A stretch of DNA of 64,000 bases from Histomonas meleagridis 2922-C6/04-290x (Eukaryota > Protista > Parabasalia). The position numbers and the translations under genes were made by a program. The stretch spans positions 186,001 through 250,000 of the forward strand of contig JAANOX010000098.1 in the NCBI GenBank assembly GCA_020184695.1. The letters are read 5' to 3'. Under the pieces are notes generated by a model. The model did no database searches. It had not been told where the DNA came from and saw only the letters and a program-made list of their open reading frames with translations. Each line of letters starts with the position of its first letter. The stretch's first letter is position 1. Below, piece by piece: positions 33,658-45,383 of this stretch.

Positions 33658-34059
33658 TTTCAAAATAAAGTTGATTTTGTAAGTTTTTTAAAATGGTATC
33701 ATGAACTAAATGATAGAAAATTAACCCAATAAAGCCCTGAAACTTTTAACTAATATTGATGCAAAACTTGAAAATGATTCTCAAAACAATCTGAGCTATG
33801 ATCAAAATTCCAACTCCAGAGAAATAACTTTATCAACACAGATTCAATATCATTTCAAAAGTCCAAGTCTAAACAATGACGTGAATTCAAGTAATATGTA
33901 ATGGAATAAAGTCATAGTGGCTCTTTCATTCATTCAAATTTCAATTCATTTAGAACGGTTAACTTCAATTTTTTTGTGGGTTTGGCCCAATTTTTTACGC
34001 GCTTTAGCGTCATACTTGATGTTCAAATTGAATATGAATGAAAAACACTTCACTTTTAT

Positions 34060-37029
34060 ATGATGTTTTTGGCATTCCTCGCAAATGCAATTGCATCAGA
34101 ATATGTATTCGATTACATTGACAACAACCTAACAAAACAAGAACCAGCTGCTAGGGGATTAACAATTTTTTCTGATTTCATTAACAAAAGATATACAGTT
34201 GAAGAGTTCATTAGGGCTATTGGTCTCCCTGATAATGAAACAGAAGCTATATTAGGAAATATTACTGAATTTGCTCAATACTTCAAACTTGATTTTAATT
34301 TAGGAGATATAAACTTACTTAATATGACAACAGAAGATCAAAACTTTATATACGGTTTAGAGAGGCTTTTATTTACCAACAACAAAGATATTACTTTGAT
34401 CACTGTTCTAACTGTATTAGGTAAAATTGATACCAGTTCTAAATATTATATTAAATTACATAAAGTGGATCTTGGTGGATTTGAGGCCAAATGGGATCTT
34501 GGAATTGGACGTCTTTTGGGTATCATAGGTACTTTCACGGACGAAATTAGTGTTTATTTATCACTATTCCGAGATGACTTATGTCCTCTTATTGATTCTG
34601 CTTTGTTAGCTCTTAACATGGATAAGTGTTCTCTCGCTAATCTTTACGATTACATCTATAATAACAAGGGCTGGACGCTTAGAAACGTTTTAAAAACTTA
34701 CTTACAAATGGATCTTAATGGTATCAAAGACATAATTTTAATGGTTTTGAACATTATTGCAGGACCATCATATCCAAGTTATAGTTCGAATCCAATCACA
34801 CCAGAGTACATTGTTAAGAATATTATTGGTTCCGATACCACTAAGCTTTCACATCTTTTTGACATTTATCAAAAGTTTGCAAATATTCAAACAACCAAAT
34901 TTGAGACCACATTGTTATGGGATGGCATCTACTCAGCTATTGATTATGCCAAAGATCTTTTGTTATATATCAAGGATACATTATTAGGCGAAAAAATATA
35001 TAATTTGTTTAGTTATCATATTGCACAACTTGAAGCACTGCCAACAGTACCACTTTCTACCACATGTAATAGAATTGTTGATTTCTTGGATAAGTTTTCT
35101 AAAATGGGTGACGATCCAACTAAATTAATATATTCAATGTTCAATGCAAGTTGGTATTTCAATGCAAGTGTAATGATCAAACAACAGTTAATTCCATTCT
35201 TCCAAGATTTATCATCAAATAACCAAGATTTTGTTAATCTTGTTGTTAAACATTTTAATGTTACCAAAGAAGAAGTTATATTTTATGTCCAATGCATTCA
35301 TAACTGTACCTCTAATGTACGTGGAATTTTAGATGTATTTTCTGCATTCCCAGAATTCCTTGGAAATCAAACATTAGGTCTTATCAATCAATATATTCAA
35401 GAAGCAAGAAAGATAGCACCTGAATTTGATCTTGATTATAACTTGAAGAATATCTTTACATTAATTAATGATGAATATAATGATACAAAATCATATGAAT
35501 ATTATAATCTTTTCATTAATACTATTAAAGAAATTGCTGATCCTTTATTATCAATTGCTGATTTTGGATTTGTTTCTCAATTCAATCATACAAATGAATT
35601 CAATAACTCTATCATTCAATACGGACAAGCATGTGCTGCAAACATTCTCATTAATACAACAGAAGTTTTAATTCATCCAAACATTAGCCGTGTTATGCAA
35701 GAAGCACTTGAATACATTGGCGCTTTCAGAACTAAAACAGTTAAAGGATATCTTAAAGAAATCAGTAAAACAACTGAAGCTGATGAAGTTACACAAGCAG
35801 GAAAAGTTATTTTAGATTATGTATATCCATTCATCATGAATATTTCAAGAGCATTAAACATCGACTTTTTAATGCAATACTTATTAGATGACTTATTACA
35901 AATTCGTACAATTGGTACCATGCTTAGAGATACTGATTTCAACCTTAAGGAAGCATTAAACCTTTATTATGATAACCTTGGTGATTTATTAGATGTCATT
36001 TATGAACCACTTAATAAAGTATCACAAAATTCAACAATTATTAATATCCTTAAAGGAATTCCAACAGCATTTTGTAATATCGAACAATCATTGAATAAGT
36101 TCATTAACACAAAGGTTTTATCAGTATATTATGCATCTAAATGTCTCATCGATGCAGGTGATGCAGTCACTGACATTAAACTTCGTGCTTCTACATTCAT
36201 TCCAATTTATAGAATATTTAATGCTTGTTATGGTTTATCTGAATATTCAGATCCACCACTTTCTGATGAATGTTACTTATGTCAATTTGCAGAAGCTTTA
36301 GATGTCAATCTTTCATTTGTTAAAGTTCTTACATACACAGTACATCTCTTAGATGTAACATCATGCAGACAAATCATTGAGAATCTCTTCGAATTATTAA
36401 CATTCGATAGAAACTATTGGGGCGAATGGATCGGCAAGTTAAATGTCCTTTCTGGTAGCATTGCTAGTGGCTCTACAATTGATTGGTCTTGCCCATCTGA
36501 CCAAACACAACCAACTGAAGAACCTAAATATACCCCCGCTTCTGCAGAATGCAAATTCGCAATGACAAACTTTAACGAAACTGAATTCTTGTTGTCAATT
36601 TCTTCAACAGAAGAAGAACTTCCACCAATTCCAACAGAAGATCCACAAACTTCAGAAGCTCAACAACCAACAGAAGATCCACAACCAACACAAGACCCTA
36701 AACCAACACAAGATCCTCAACCAACAGAAATCCCAACACAAAAACCAACTGAAGATCAAAAGACAACACAAGCCGAACCAACACAACAAACTTCAAACGT
36801 TCAAACATTCGTACAAACTTCAGAAATTGTCGAAGAAACACCACAGTCTGGTGCAAATGAAGACTCCAATGACGGAGATAATAGTGGTGATAACACGGGA
36901 ATGATCATCGGTATTGTTGTTGCTGCTGTTGTCGTAATTGCGGCTGCTGTCGGCATTACAATTTTTGTTAAAAAGAGGAACCAAAACAAAGCTATCGAAA
37001 ATTCTCCTGAAAACGAACTTTCCGTTTAA
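34060..37029 (+). CDS. Large type I surface protein with helical ectodomain and Pro/Thr-rich stalk
   Basis: 989-aa ORF with signal peptide, PTxDP stalk, TM helix (IIGIVVAAVVVIAAAVGITIFV) and a short tail ending ELSV. TCACT lies just upstream at 34050-34054. Confidence 0.85.
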   Translation: MMFLAFLANAIASEYVFDYIDNNLTKQEPAARGLTIFSDFINKRYTVEEFIRAIGLPDNETEAILGNITEFAQYFKLDFNLGDINLLNMTTEDQNFIYGLERLLFTNNKDITLITVLTVLGKIDTSSKYYIKLHKVDLGGFEAKWDLGIGRLLGIIGTFTDEISVYLSLFRDDLCPLIDSALLALNMDKCSLANLYDYIYNNKGWTLRNVLKTYLQMDLNGIKDIILMVLNIIAGPSYPSYSSNPITPEYIVKNIIGSDTTKLSHLFDIYQKFANIQTTKFETTLLWDGIYSAIDYAKDLLLYIKDTLLGEKIYNLFSYHIAQLEALPTVPLSTTCNRIVDFLDKFSKMGDDPTKLIYSMFNASWYFNASVMIKQQLIPFFQDLSSNNQDFVNLVVKHFNVTKEEVIFYVQCIHNCTSNVRGILDVFSAFPEFLGNQTLGLINQYIQEARKIAPEFDLDYNLKNIFTLINDEYNDTKSYEYYNLFINTIKEIADPLLSIADFGFVSQFNHTNEFNNSIIQYGQACAANILINTTEVLIHPNISRVMQEALEYIGAFRTKTVKGYLKEISKTTEADEVTQAGKVILDYVYPFIMNISRALNIDFLMQYLLDDLLQIRTIGTMLRDTDFNLKEALNLYYDNLGDLLDVIYEPLNKVSQNSTIINILKGIPTAFCNIEQSLNKFINTKVLSVYYASKCLIDAGDAVTDIKLRASTFIPIYRIFNACYGLSEYSDPPLSDECYLCQFAEALDVNLSFVKVLTYTVHLLDVTSCRQIIENLFELLTFDRNYWGEWIGKLNVLSGSIASGSTIDWSCPSDQTQPTEEPKYTPASAECKFAMTNFNETEFLLSISSTEEELPPIPTEDPQTSEAQQPTEDPQPTQDPKPTQDPQPTEIPTQKPTEDQKTTQAEPTQQTSNVQTFVQTSEIVEETPQSGANEDSNDGDNSGDNTGMIIGIVVAAVVVIAAAVGITIFVKKRNQNKAIENSPENELSV
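36631..36790 (+). repeat. Coding PT(E/Q)DP(Q/K) mucin-like repeats
   Basis: Repeated CCAACA(G/C)AAGA(T/C)CC units encoding PTEDPQ / PTQDPK / PTQDPQ. Confidence 0.8.
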
Positions 37030-37429
37030 TAATAAAGCTTTCTTTCTTTATAATTTTTAATTTTTTAATTTCGAAAAGTTAACTTTTGCTGAAAAATGTT
37101 TAAATATTTTATGTGATATAAAAATTTTTATACAATCTCATTCTGTATTGCATTATATTATTGTTGTCATACAAAATCTCAATATAAAGTTGTGTAAGTA
37201 AAGATGTAAAAAGAAATTGATATCAGTATCTTAGATTGGAAATTAGCATTTAATGCAAAAATTGAACAACTTCGGTTATGCATTATGAAATGCTTTCTTC
37301 AGAAGCAAATATTAAAATAGAATCAAATATATTTGATTATATACACGTTTTCGGATTGATAAAGTCACACAAGATTCATTTTGACTTCTTGAAAAAATGA
37401 TTCAGCAACATTTAATATAATCAAAAATA

Positions 37430-38275
37430 AGAAAGCCATATGGCATAATATCAGAAGAAGAATTTAACAAATTAGAAGATCAAGACAAATATGTAAAAGA
37501 AATTAAAAAAATTTGTTTAGAATCATCAAAAAATGATTGGGAACTTAATGAACAATTCATTGAAGATGGACATAATCCAAATTAATTAAAGAATCCAAAA
37601 TAACTTTATGAAAGATGTTCATTTATTAATAAAGAAAATGTTGCATTAATTGATTATGCAGCATTTTTTTCATCAGTTAAATGTTTTAAATTTTTACTTA
37701 TTAATGGTGCAAAAGTAAATAATAAATAAGCATTTGCAGGTGGAAATGATGAAATCATTCATTTATGCGAACAAAATCATTCATCATTTAGAAAAAAGCA
37801 TATAAAGCAGCAATAATGTTCCACAGAAATGATATCTTTAAAAATATTTATTCTCATAAATTAGAAGAAATTAATAATTTAGAAGATTTAGGAGAAAACG
37901 CTATTTTATATAATAATTATGAGTTTTTTTCATTTTTACAAAAAGAAGGAATGAAAATCAATAATTCTATTATTGATGTTGTTACAAGTAATGGAAATAT
38001 ATTTCTTGTTATAGATTTCATTAAAGAAAACCAACTTCATGAAGAGATATTAATTAACTCATCTAGATCATGTAATATTGAGCTCGTTGGATATATTTTA
38101 AAGTAGAAAGGTATTAATGCCAAAGATATATATTTGTTTTATTGTTTTTTGTAATATAATATTTGGAAATTATTTAAATTATTCAAAACAGCATATACTT
38201 TAGCATCTAAAAATGCAACCAGAAATAGTTAAATTGCTTCTTCGACAAGAAGGAATTGATCTTCAAGGATATAAA
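37430..38275 (+). pseudogene. Decayed DUF3447/ankyrin gene, locus 3, retaining one 60-nt spacer
   Basis: Fragments SKNDWEL...GHNPN*, YERCSFINKENVALIDYAAFFSSVKCF, FAGGNDEIIHLCEQ and GINAKD-[spacer 38128-38187]-TAYTLASK, with scattered stops, deletions and frameshifts. Boundaries are approximate. Confidence 0.75.
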
Positions 38276-39158
38276 CACAACTGATTTGGATATTATAATA
38301 ACATTTTCTAATTTTTCGCATTAAGAAAATGTTTTTACGCAATGTTGAAGGAACATTCGATCAATTTTTTTAGTAGAAAAAAAATATTTCGGAATAAATA
38401 ACACCATTAAAACACACATTTCATGATTCCAAAATATTAATATTTATTACATCATGAACATGGCTACACACAGCTGTAACTTATCATTCATTGTTTGAGG
38501 AAACAGAATTAAATCGAGTCAAATATTCCAATTATCTTCTGAAACTTTCCGCATATGTAATGTTTCATTTATTACTAAGTGGCTTTGACCCCAATCAATT
38601 GTTGCAACTCCACTTATTGCATGAACGTTCATGCCATTATGAACTTGTCACTTCTTGAAATTAAAAACAAGTAAATAATGTGTAATTAAGATCTGAATAG
38701 ATATAATGCATTATACGTATTCGAATTAAAATTTCGTTTAGAATTGATACATCAAACATTTTCCAATTATAATGGAAATACCTTATTTGTCTATACACAC
38801 CACGTTAAGTCAGATTATATATATTATCGAAGGATCATTTTTGTTTAGCCTGCTTTTTAAATTTTTCGCTGTTCATCCATTTTTCGAACTGCACATCGCC
38901 GTTGCAACAGAAAAACTTATATGACGATCTTTTTTCACTGAATTTTTTTTCCACAGGCTGGTTAAAGTGAAAAATTCAACCAAGAAAATCTTATTCATTA
39001 TATCAAATAAATAAATAAAACTGGGATAAATTATTTCCCATTTATTATATTTAAATATTTCAATATAAATTATTTTAATACATTAAATTGAATGAGAAAA
39101 AATCATTTTATTTATCATAATTTTAAACGCAAGACGATTACATGGCACTTTTCCATCA

Positions 39159-40628
39159 ATGCACCGAAGCTTAAGCAGAGAAGGGCTAAGTGTTTATGAA
39201 GGTTTTGGTGGAATGCAAGACTCGGGTATTGATTTAAGTGAATTCCAATCACAGCTCGCACAAGATAGATGTTCGCGCACAATGACCTTCCAAAAAATCA
39301 CTCGTCCTTCTATTGCAAGATTTTGCGAAAGATCCATATCAAAATTAGAAAAAGAGCAATACAATGAATCTAGTCCATTCCTTGACATTGATAATGCTTG
39401 TTCCATATTAGAAAAATTAAATTCAGATGAAATGACTACTTTTCTTAAAAATATCACAATATGTGCTGAAAAAAATCCCAAGGCTATGGAACCCTTTTTA
39501 CAATCCACAGAAATTCCCAAACAATTATCCAATGCACTTATGTCATCAACATCAGATCCAATTAAAATTCTTTTATTAAATACCATAGCTGTACTCTTTC
39601 CAATATCCGAACAAGTTCAAAATGTATATATAGATGAAGGCATTTGCTTTACCATCAGCGAATTTCTACAATCAGATTCAGACGATCTTATTTTAGCATC
39701 TATAGGAATTATAGGCGTATTTTCACAATCCAGCAGCTATGCACGTGATGCTGTCATGTGCATTGATCTTCATATTACATTAATGGAAATTGCAAATACA
39801 TCAAAATCAACCGAAATCATCAATGCCTCCTGCGAATCTCTATCTCACATGTTTGAAAACTCGGAACCTATTGATGCAGCTATCTTATTACGATGTGTTG
39901 AACCTATGACACCATTACTAAATCTTGAATCTGAAGATGCCTTACAGTCTGTACTTGTCTGCTTTGTTGACATGACCAATCAAATGTCGTCGATTATATT
40001 TTCGATATTTGAAAATAATTTGTATCAACGAATCATCGAATTGTTACCAAATCCAGCACTAACATCCACTGTCTTACGCTTAATTGGGAACATGTCAATC
40101 GCGCAGCCATCTCAAATTAGTGCCATGTTAAAAATCGGATTATTCCCAAGTTTGATTGAATTATTGACAACCGAGTTTACAGCTGATGTCTATTGGGTTC
40201 TTTCGAGTTTCCTAATGTCAGTGCCACAAATGATGATCACATTGTTTACACCAGAATTCATTGACAATACTATAGAAATCGCGATGTATTCATCGATAGG
40301 CGTCAAGAAAGAGGCTTCTTATTTCTTAGCGACTGTTATATTCTTTGCAGATGACAACTTACTGAATGTGTTGATGAAAAAAGATTTAATTTCGGTTTTA
40401 ATTGAAATGTTAAACTCTGACATTGTTTTGATAACTTTACGTATCATTGATTCGTTAATTCGGTTTATTAACGTTCTCACAAAGGATCCAAAAATTAATA
40501 GGGAATTCATACAGCAACTGTTGGATGAAGATACGAAAAAGATTTTGAAGAAGCTGGAAATAGGTGATCAGGATTTGGTGGTGGAAAGAGTAAAGTTCTT
40601 GGAAACACAGATTGATTTGTTGAAGTAA
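39159..40628 (+). CDS. Armadillo-repeat protein, importin-alpha-like
   Basis: ARM-like repeats (IGIIGVFSQSSSYARDAV, VLRLIGNMS, VYWVLSSF, VKKEASYFLAT). No clear IBB domain. Confidence 0.6.
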   Translation: MHRSLSREGLSVYEGFGGMQDSGIDLSEFQSQLAQDRCSRTMTFQKITRPSIARFCERSISKLEKEQYNESSPFLDIDNACSILEKLNSDEMTTFLKNITICAEKNPKAMEPFLQSTEIPKQLSNALMSSTSDPIKILLLNTIAVLFPISEQVQNVYIDEGICFTISEFLQSDSDDLILASIGIIGVFSQSSSYARDAVMCIDLHITLMEIANTSKSTEIINASCESLSHMFENSEPIDAAILLRCVEPMTPLLNLESEDALQSVLVCFVDMTNQMSSIIFSIFENNLYQRIIELLPNPALTSTVLRLIGNMSIAQPSQISAMLKIGLFPSLIELLTTEFTADVYWVLSSFLMSVPQMMITLFTPEFIDNTIEIAMYSSIGVKKEASYFLATVIFFADDNLLNVLMKKDLISVLIEMLNSDIVLITLRIIDSLIRFINVLTKDPKINREFIQQLLDEDTKKILKKLEIGDQDLVVERVKFLETQIDLLK

Positions 40629-41098
40629 TTCTTAAATAAATATTTAATAATATGGAAAATTCGGTGTTCGAAAATCTGAAAATAGATATATATTGATATC
40701 ATCTTATTTATGTTAGAATGCCATGAAAAACATGTTGAAGTAATAAAACTGTTGACTGTGATTTTAAAATAATAATGCGCGCACACTGTAGCATTGCACA
40801 TGTATAACATATTTAATAAATTTTGGTTAGATTTAAATTTGTAATTACCACAATAATCCTATTTTTCACATGGGAGAACGTTAATAAAAAAATTTCTTTT
40901 TTATTTTAAAATTTGAAGATATCATTTTGATAAAATTTTGTTTCCACTTCATATGAGCCTCCAAAAAGTGAATGATTTTGTTCACATAAAGAGATTTTCT
41001 TATTTCCAGCTGCAAGTAAACGTGGAAAAGGGGTAAATTACGTCACTTTTCGAATAACATTGAACGATAGATTCCAAACAAAGTTTCTCAATGCAGAA

Positions 41099-43546
41099 AT
41101 GAGCACACAAGAAGATGAAAACAAAGAAGAAGAGGAAATCCAGGAAAAAATAAATCAAGTTCCAAAACTGTTTTTTGAAGCTGAATCTCCAAGTGTTTGT
41201 ATTAAAACAATTTTTGATTCATTTCCACCAGTTTTAGATACATCATTTGACCAAAATTTAACAGAACAAATAGAAATTGCAGAAAAAAGTATATCAATAA
41301 TATCAGATCAATTAACACAAAAGGTGTTAGGTTCTCAACATAAAATTTTTGGTGCAACAGATCAAATTATGTCACTTAATGAAAATGTTTTGCAATCCAC
41401 AAACTTTATTCATTTAATTAGAGGTCAAGTTCAAACAGTCCGTGACAAGACATTAGATCCAATTGTAAATATTCTTACACAAATACGTGACTTAAGGCGT
41501 GATACCCAATCACTTGTTGTATTACATTTTATTCAAACAGTTACAACAATCCATGAGATCCTTCACAAAAGTGATCCACTTTTTTCATCATATATTTTTA
41601 ATCAATCTGTCAAATTTTTTGGTCAAAATGATGCAGTATATAGTGAAGAGTTGCTTTCGTGTTTTTCTCCACTTACGTTTTCAGAATTTCCAACCAATAT
41701 TTTACATGTCCCTACTGATTTCACAATTGGCAAACTCCGCAAACTTAAATGTGTTCAAACCAAAATACAACAAATCCTGCAATATAATGAAATCATCTAT
41801 AAGAAACTAGAATCAATGATTCAACAATGTATCAATAAGATGGACAAGTCAATATATTCCACAGTTGTTGTTTCATATTGTTTACTCACACAGAACCCTC
41901 CAATTCCATCAGTTCTATATGATTATTATTCCGGAAAAATTCGTCAACAATCAGTTGCATATGTTGAAACGAATAGTAATGACTTACAAACATTATTTCG
42001 ATTTATGGAAAGTAGTTATTCAATGATTTCATCCTTTAAACAATTTATTGAAATCCATGAAAGCTCGAACAAATTAAGTTCTTTTGTATCTGATCTTCCT
42101 ATTGAAACAAATGTTGTTTTACTTAATCATATGCAATCAGATTCCGAGATCCAGCCAGCCTTTGACAACCTCAAAAAAGACTTTGCTTCATATTATTCAC
42201 AGTTAACTCATTTCTCAGAATCAAATGTCCTTCAAATGCTTTCTCGCATCAAATGCACTTCGTTGGACCCGTTATCGTTTATCCGTTTAACAAAAGCGCT
42301 CAAAGAATTCAATGCAATTCTGAGCTGCAGCGGGCTGTCAGATTGGATCGAGATAACGGCCGCCGAGTTTCTCAACAAATGTTCAGCTTTTTCGACGAGC
42401 ACCATTAAGAAATCTATTTTGAAGGATTCATGGGTTCCCATATCCATTGATGATGATTTCTTAACACTTGTAATGACTATGCCATCTGATGAGAAAGTAT
42501 TTGAAACGAATACTGATAATACTTTAGATCCTCGTAAAATCTGTCCATCAGTCTCAGCCATGCATACAGTACGAGTTATTCATTCCTTAATATGTCTTTC
42601 ATTAGAATTAGATTCAAATACATGTTTTGATTTAATCGTCCAAGTCACAGTATATTTCATCGTATGTGTAATGGATTCCTTTTGTTCGCCCATAACAATT
42701 CTTGAGAACAACGATTTAAATCCGAAACTTAAGTATCTATTTGATACAGATTTTTTTTACTCATCGAAATATTTATTTCGTTTACTAACATTCAGAAACA
42801 GTCTCCCCGAAGTTAAAACGCCAGACAAAGGGGAGATCCGCCTCATGCAATTGCTGACCGCTATGGAAGGCGTCGACTTAATCCATTGGTATCTTTCTGG
42901 GATTCGAAACAACGTCGAAATTCGGGTCAAAGACAAAAGCGTCGAACGAATCAAAGTGTTTTATAGTATAATTTACTCTAAAGTATTACCGAACTTACGA
43001 CGTAACTTAAGTAGCACTAATGTCCAATATTTTCTTCCGATGAAAACATTTAAATATCAAATAATGGCCACCGATTGGAACATTAATGAAGTTAACTATG
43101 AGTATCATTCATTTGTTGGCAACATAAAGAAAATATTGGAAACATTCGACAAACAAATTACGAATTTGAACTTGTCAGTCAAGGCAAAAGATGACTTATG
43201 GATTGGCGTATGGAATTACTTGTCAAATTTGTTGGTCAACGCGTTCGGATCAGTAAAAAGCTGCAACAACTTCGGAAGGAGTCTGATGCTGGGCGACACG
43301 AGGGCTGTGAACAACTTCTTCGTGGGAGTAACGAAAATTGAAGTTTCCTGTGAAAACGTTTTGGAGTTCATTAACGCGTTCTTTTACCAGCCGAAGGAAT
43401 TCGAGATGTGGCTGGCGAACGGATGCGGAAAGTACAAGCAAAAGAATTTGGTGAACCTGGTGAAGACGGGACTAAACTGCAAGTTGTCGAAGAAAGAAAT
43501 GAACGAAATGATAACAAAGATAGAAGCAAAATTTGCTCAAAATTAA
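41099..43546 (+). CDS. VPS50: Syndetin/VPS50 (EARP complex subunit)
   Basis: N-terminal Vps54_N-like coiled coil. C-terminal LLVNAFGSVKSCNNFGRSLMLGD resembles the VPS50 KKCSNEGRALMQLD motif. First in-frame ATG is at 41099; TCACT at 41043-41047. Confidence 0.85.
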   Translation: MSTQEDENKEEEEIQEKINQVPKLFFEAESPSVCIKTIFDSFPPVLDTSFDQNLTEQIEIAEKSISIISDQLTQKVLGSQHKIFGATDQIMSLNENVLQSTNFIHLIRGQVQTVRDKTLDPIVNILTQIRDLRRDTQSLVVLHFIQTVTTIHEILHKSDPLFSSYIFNQSVKFFGQNDAVYSEELLSCFSPLTFSEFPTNILHVPTDFTIGKLRKLKCVQTKIQQILQYNEIIYKKLESMIQQCINKMDKSIYSTVVVSYCLLTQNPPIPSVLYDYYSGKIRQQSVAYVETNSNDLQTLFRFMESSYSMISSFKQFIEIHESSNKLSSFVSDLPIETNVVLLNHMQSDSEIQPAFDNLKKDFASYYSQLTHFSESNVLQMLSRIKCTSLDPLSFIRLTKALKEFNAILSCSGLSDWIEITAAEFLNKCSAFSTSTIKKSILKDSWVPISIDDDFLTLVMTMPSDEKVFETNTDNTLDPRKICPSVSAMHTVRVIHSLICLSLELDSNTCFDLIVQVTVYFIVCVMDSFCSPITILENNDLNPKLKYLFDTDFFYSSKYLFRLLTFRNSLPEVKTPDKGEIRLMQLLTAMEGVDLIHWYLSGIRNNVEIRVKDKSVERIKVFYSIIYSKVLPNLRRNLSSTNVQYFLPMKTFKYQIMATDWNINEVNYEYHSFVGNIKKILETFDKQITNLNLSVKAKDDLWIGVWNYLSNLLVNAFGSVKSCNNFGRSLMLGDTRAVNNFFVGVTKIEVSCENVLEFINAFFYQPKEFEMWLANGCGKYKQKNLVNLVKTGLNCKLSKKEMNEMITKIEAKFAQN

Positions 43547-43822
43547 GAACTTATTATAATAATATTAAAATTTGTTGTTTTTCTTGTATTTCTTTTTTTT
43601 GGTTTACACAGTCACTTTTAACTGATAAACGAAAAAATAAACGTCTGATATCTGACAGCGGTTAATGGAGGTTTGATTGTGAATTTTTTGAGAGAGGCAA
43701 AAGTGACAATTTTTGTTTTTTTGATAAAGGCCATTAAATGAAAGAAGAAATGAAAAAAACATGTTTGTACTTAACGTTTGGTTTGGCTTCTGTACATAAA
43801 GTTTTTCTTTTGGGTTATAGAT

Positions 43823-44086
43823 TTATTCCATTATTCCTAATTGTTCTTTGAGTTCCGAAAGACGCTTTTCAAGAGCTTCTTCTTCCTTTTTCAGCTTTTC
43901 ATTTTCTAACTTTAAACACTCTATATTAATTCCAACTGGTGTAGAAAAATAATCTCGAATAAATTTACAAATATCATCTGGTGGATTTTGTGCATCGTAA
44001 AGTTCAACAATAACTCGGGTTAACGAGTCAAGTGTTCCAATTTCTTCTAAGTACTTTCTAAATGTTTGATTTGGGTTTGTCTCCAT
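43823..44086 (-). CDS. MYCBP: c-Myc-binding protein/AMY-1-like small protein
   Basis: FRKYLEEIGTLDSLTRVIVELY...PDDICKFIRDY followed by a coiled coil matches the MYCBP pattern. Confidence 0.8.
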   Translation of the reverse strand: METNPNQTFRKYLEEIGTLDSLTRVIVELYDAQNPPDDICKFIRDYFSTPVGINIECLKLENEKLKKEEEALEKRLSELKEQLGIME

Positions 44087-44564
44087 TAAGTAACGGATAC
44101 AAAGTGGTGTTTTTCACATCAAATGTCTCAAGCACTTCACTTTTCTATTAAACTTTGAAAAAATGCCTGCTATAAGGAGTAATCCTTGCATTTTCTTTTT
44201 AAAATAACTATTATTCTTTTCCATGCTTTTAAATTTTAACTGATGTGAATCATGAAAGTTAGTCACATATTGACAAATATCAAAATTAAAAATTTTAAGA
44301 ATTTTTTTTGAAATCAGTCAATAATAAAAAATGAAAAACTTTTCAAAAGAATCCACCTCGATTTGACTCCTAATAATTGTTTATGAATTTCGTTCTTTAT
44401 TCATAAAGATAAGAATTTGGACTTTCCTAGAAACATATTTTGCAGTTCAAACAATTAATTGTTTATTCTGTAAAACATTCAAAAAACCTTTTTCAGGAGT
44501 TCCAAATTTAAAAATTCTGAAAAAGCTGTATACACTTTTTGGGTTTGTCCAAACATCTTCAAAC

Positions 44565-45383
44565 ATGCAGAATTCCAAGTCGACTGGGCGCCTTTCAATG
44601 AGGCTTCAAATTGACTTTTCTTCTGATGACTATTATTCATCAGATTCTTCTGATTCAGGTACAAATTCTGATTCTGACAGTTCTTCATACAGCTCTGATA
44701 AAAGTATTTTCTATGTACCAAATGATGAGAACAATCATGCAGCAACAGAAAATCATCCTCAACCGCTTCCTAGACCATCTACCACAAAATCATTGAACTT
44801 TTTAAGTCGTTATCGAAATATATCATCTAAATCAATTAGCATAAATTCCCTTCTTACACAGAGAGAATTTCACTATGCTGTGTATCGAAAACATTCTTGG
44901 AAAAATGGAATTAAGAGAAAATTTTTTCAAATGACAGAACTACCAGCAGGGAACGTCATAGCTGGCGCAGAGTTTGAATCCACGAGCTCAAACATCATGC
45001 AGATATCAAATTCTAGAGGAATCATTTGCGAGATGAATTTAAAAACTTCCCACAAATGCTCAGTGCTAATCGGAAACGAAACAACAGCACGAATAACAAG
45101 AAAGGATGGGGTTGTGAAAGTGGAACAATTCGAAATAGATGGAATTAAACCAAAGTATCCTCTATTGATCAGTCAATTAAACAAAATTGGAGCCCTCGAA
45201 GATGCATTCGGGAAAAGGAGAGCAATTAAAAGCATAAAAAACTGCAAGTTATGCGACGAAGAAAATAATGAAGTTATTGCGGTAAGAAAAACGCACAGAT
45301 CCGTTTTAGATATTGACTCTAAGTATAATGTTTCTTTTTTAACATGCTTTGTTGTTGGAATTTTTATGTTTCTTTCGAAATAA
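44565..45383 (+). CDS. Protein with S/D-rich N-terminus and possible tubby/LURP-one-like C-terminal domain
   Basis: 272-aa ORF. The beta-rich C-terminal half has KSIKNCKL...VIAVRK...LDID, loosely resembling tubby-like folds. Confidence 0.5.
   Translation: MQNSKSTGRLSMRLQIDFSSDDYYSSDSSDSGTNSDSDSSSYSSDKSIFYVPNDENNHAATENHPQPLPRPSTTKSLNFLSRYRNISSKSISINSLLTQREFHYAVYRKHSWKNGIKRKFFQMTELPAGNVIAGAEFESTSSNIMQISNSRGIICEMNLKTSHKCSVLIGNETTARITRKDGVVKVEQFEIDGIKPKYPLLISQLNKIGALEDAFGKRRAIKSIKNCKLCDEENNEVIAVRKTHRSVLDIDSKYNVSFLTCFVVGIFMFLSK

Noticed and set aside
38462-38473. GGCTACACACAG resembling the trichomonad intron 3' end ACTAACACACAG
   Set aside because: The branch motif is imperfect, and no matching donor or upstream exon was found.
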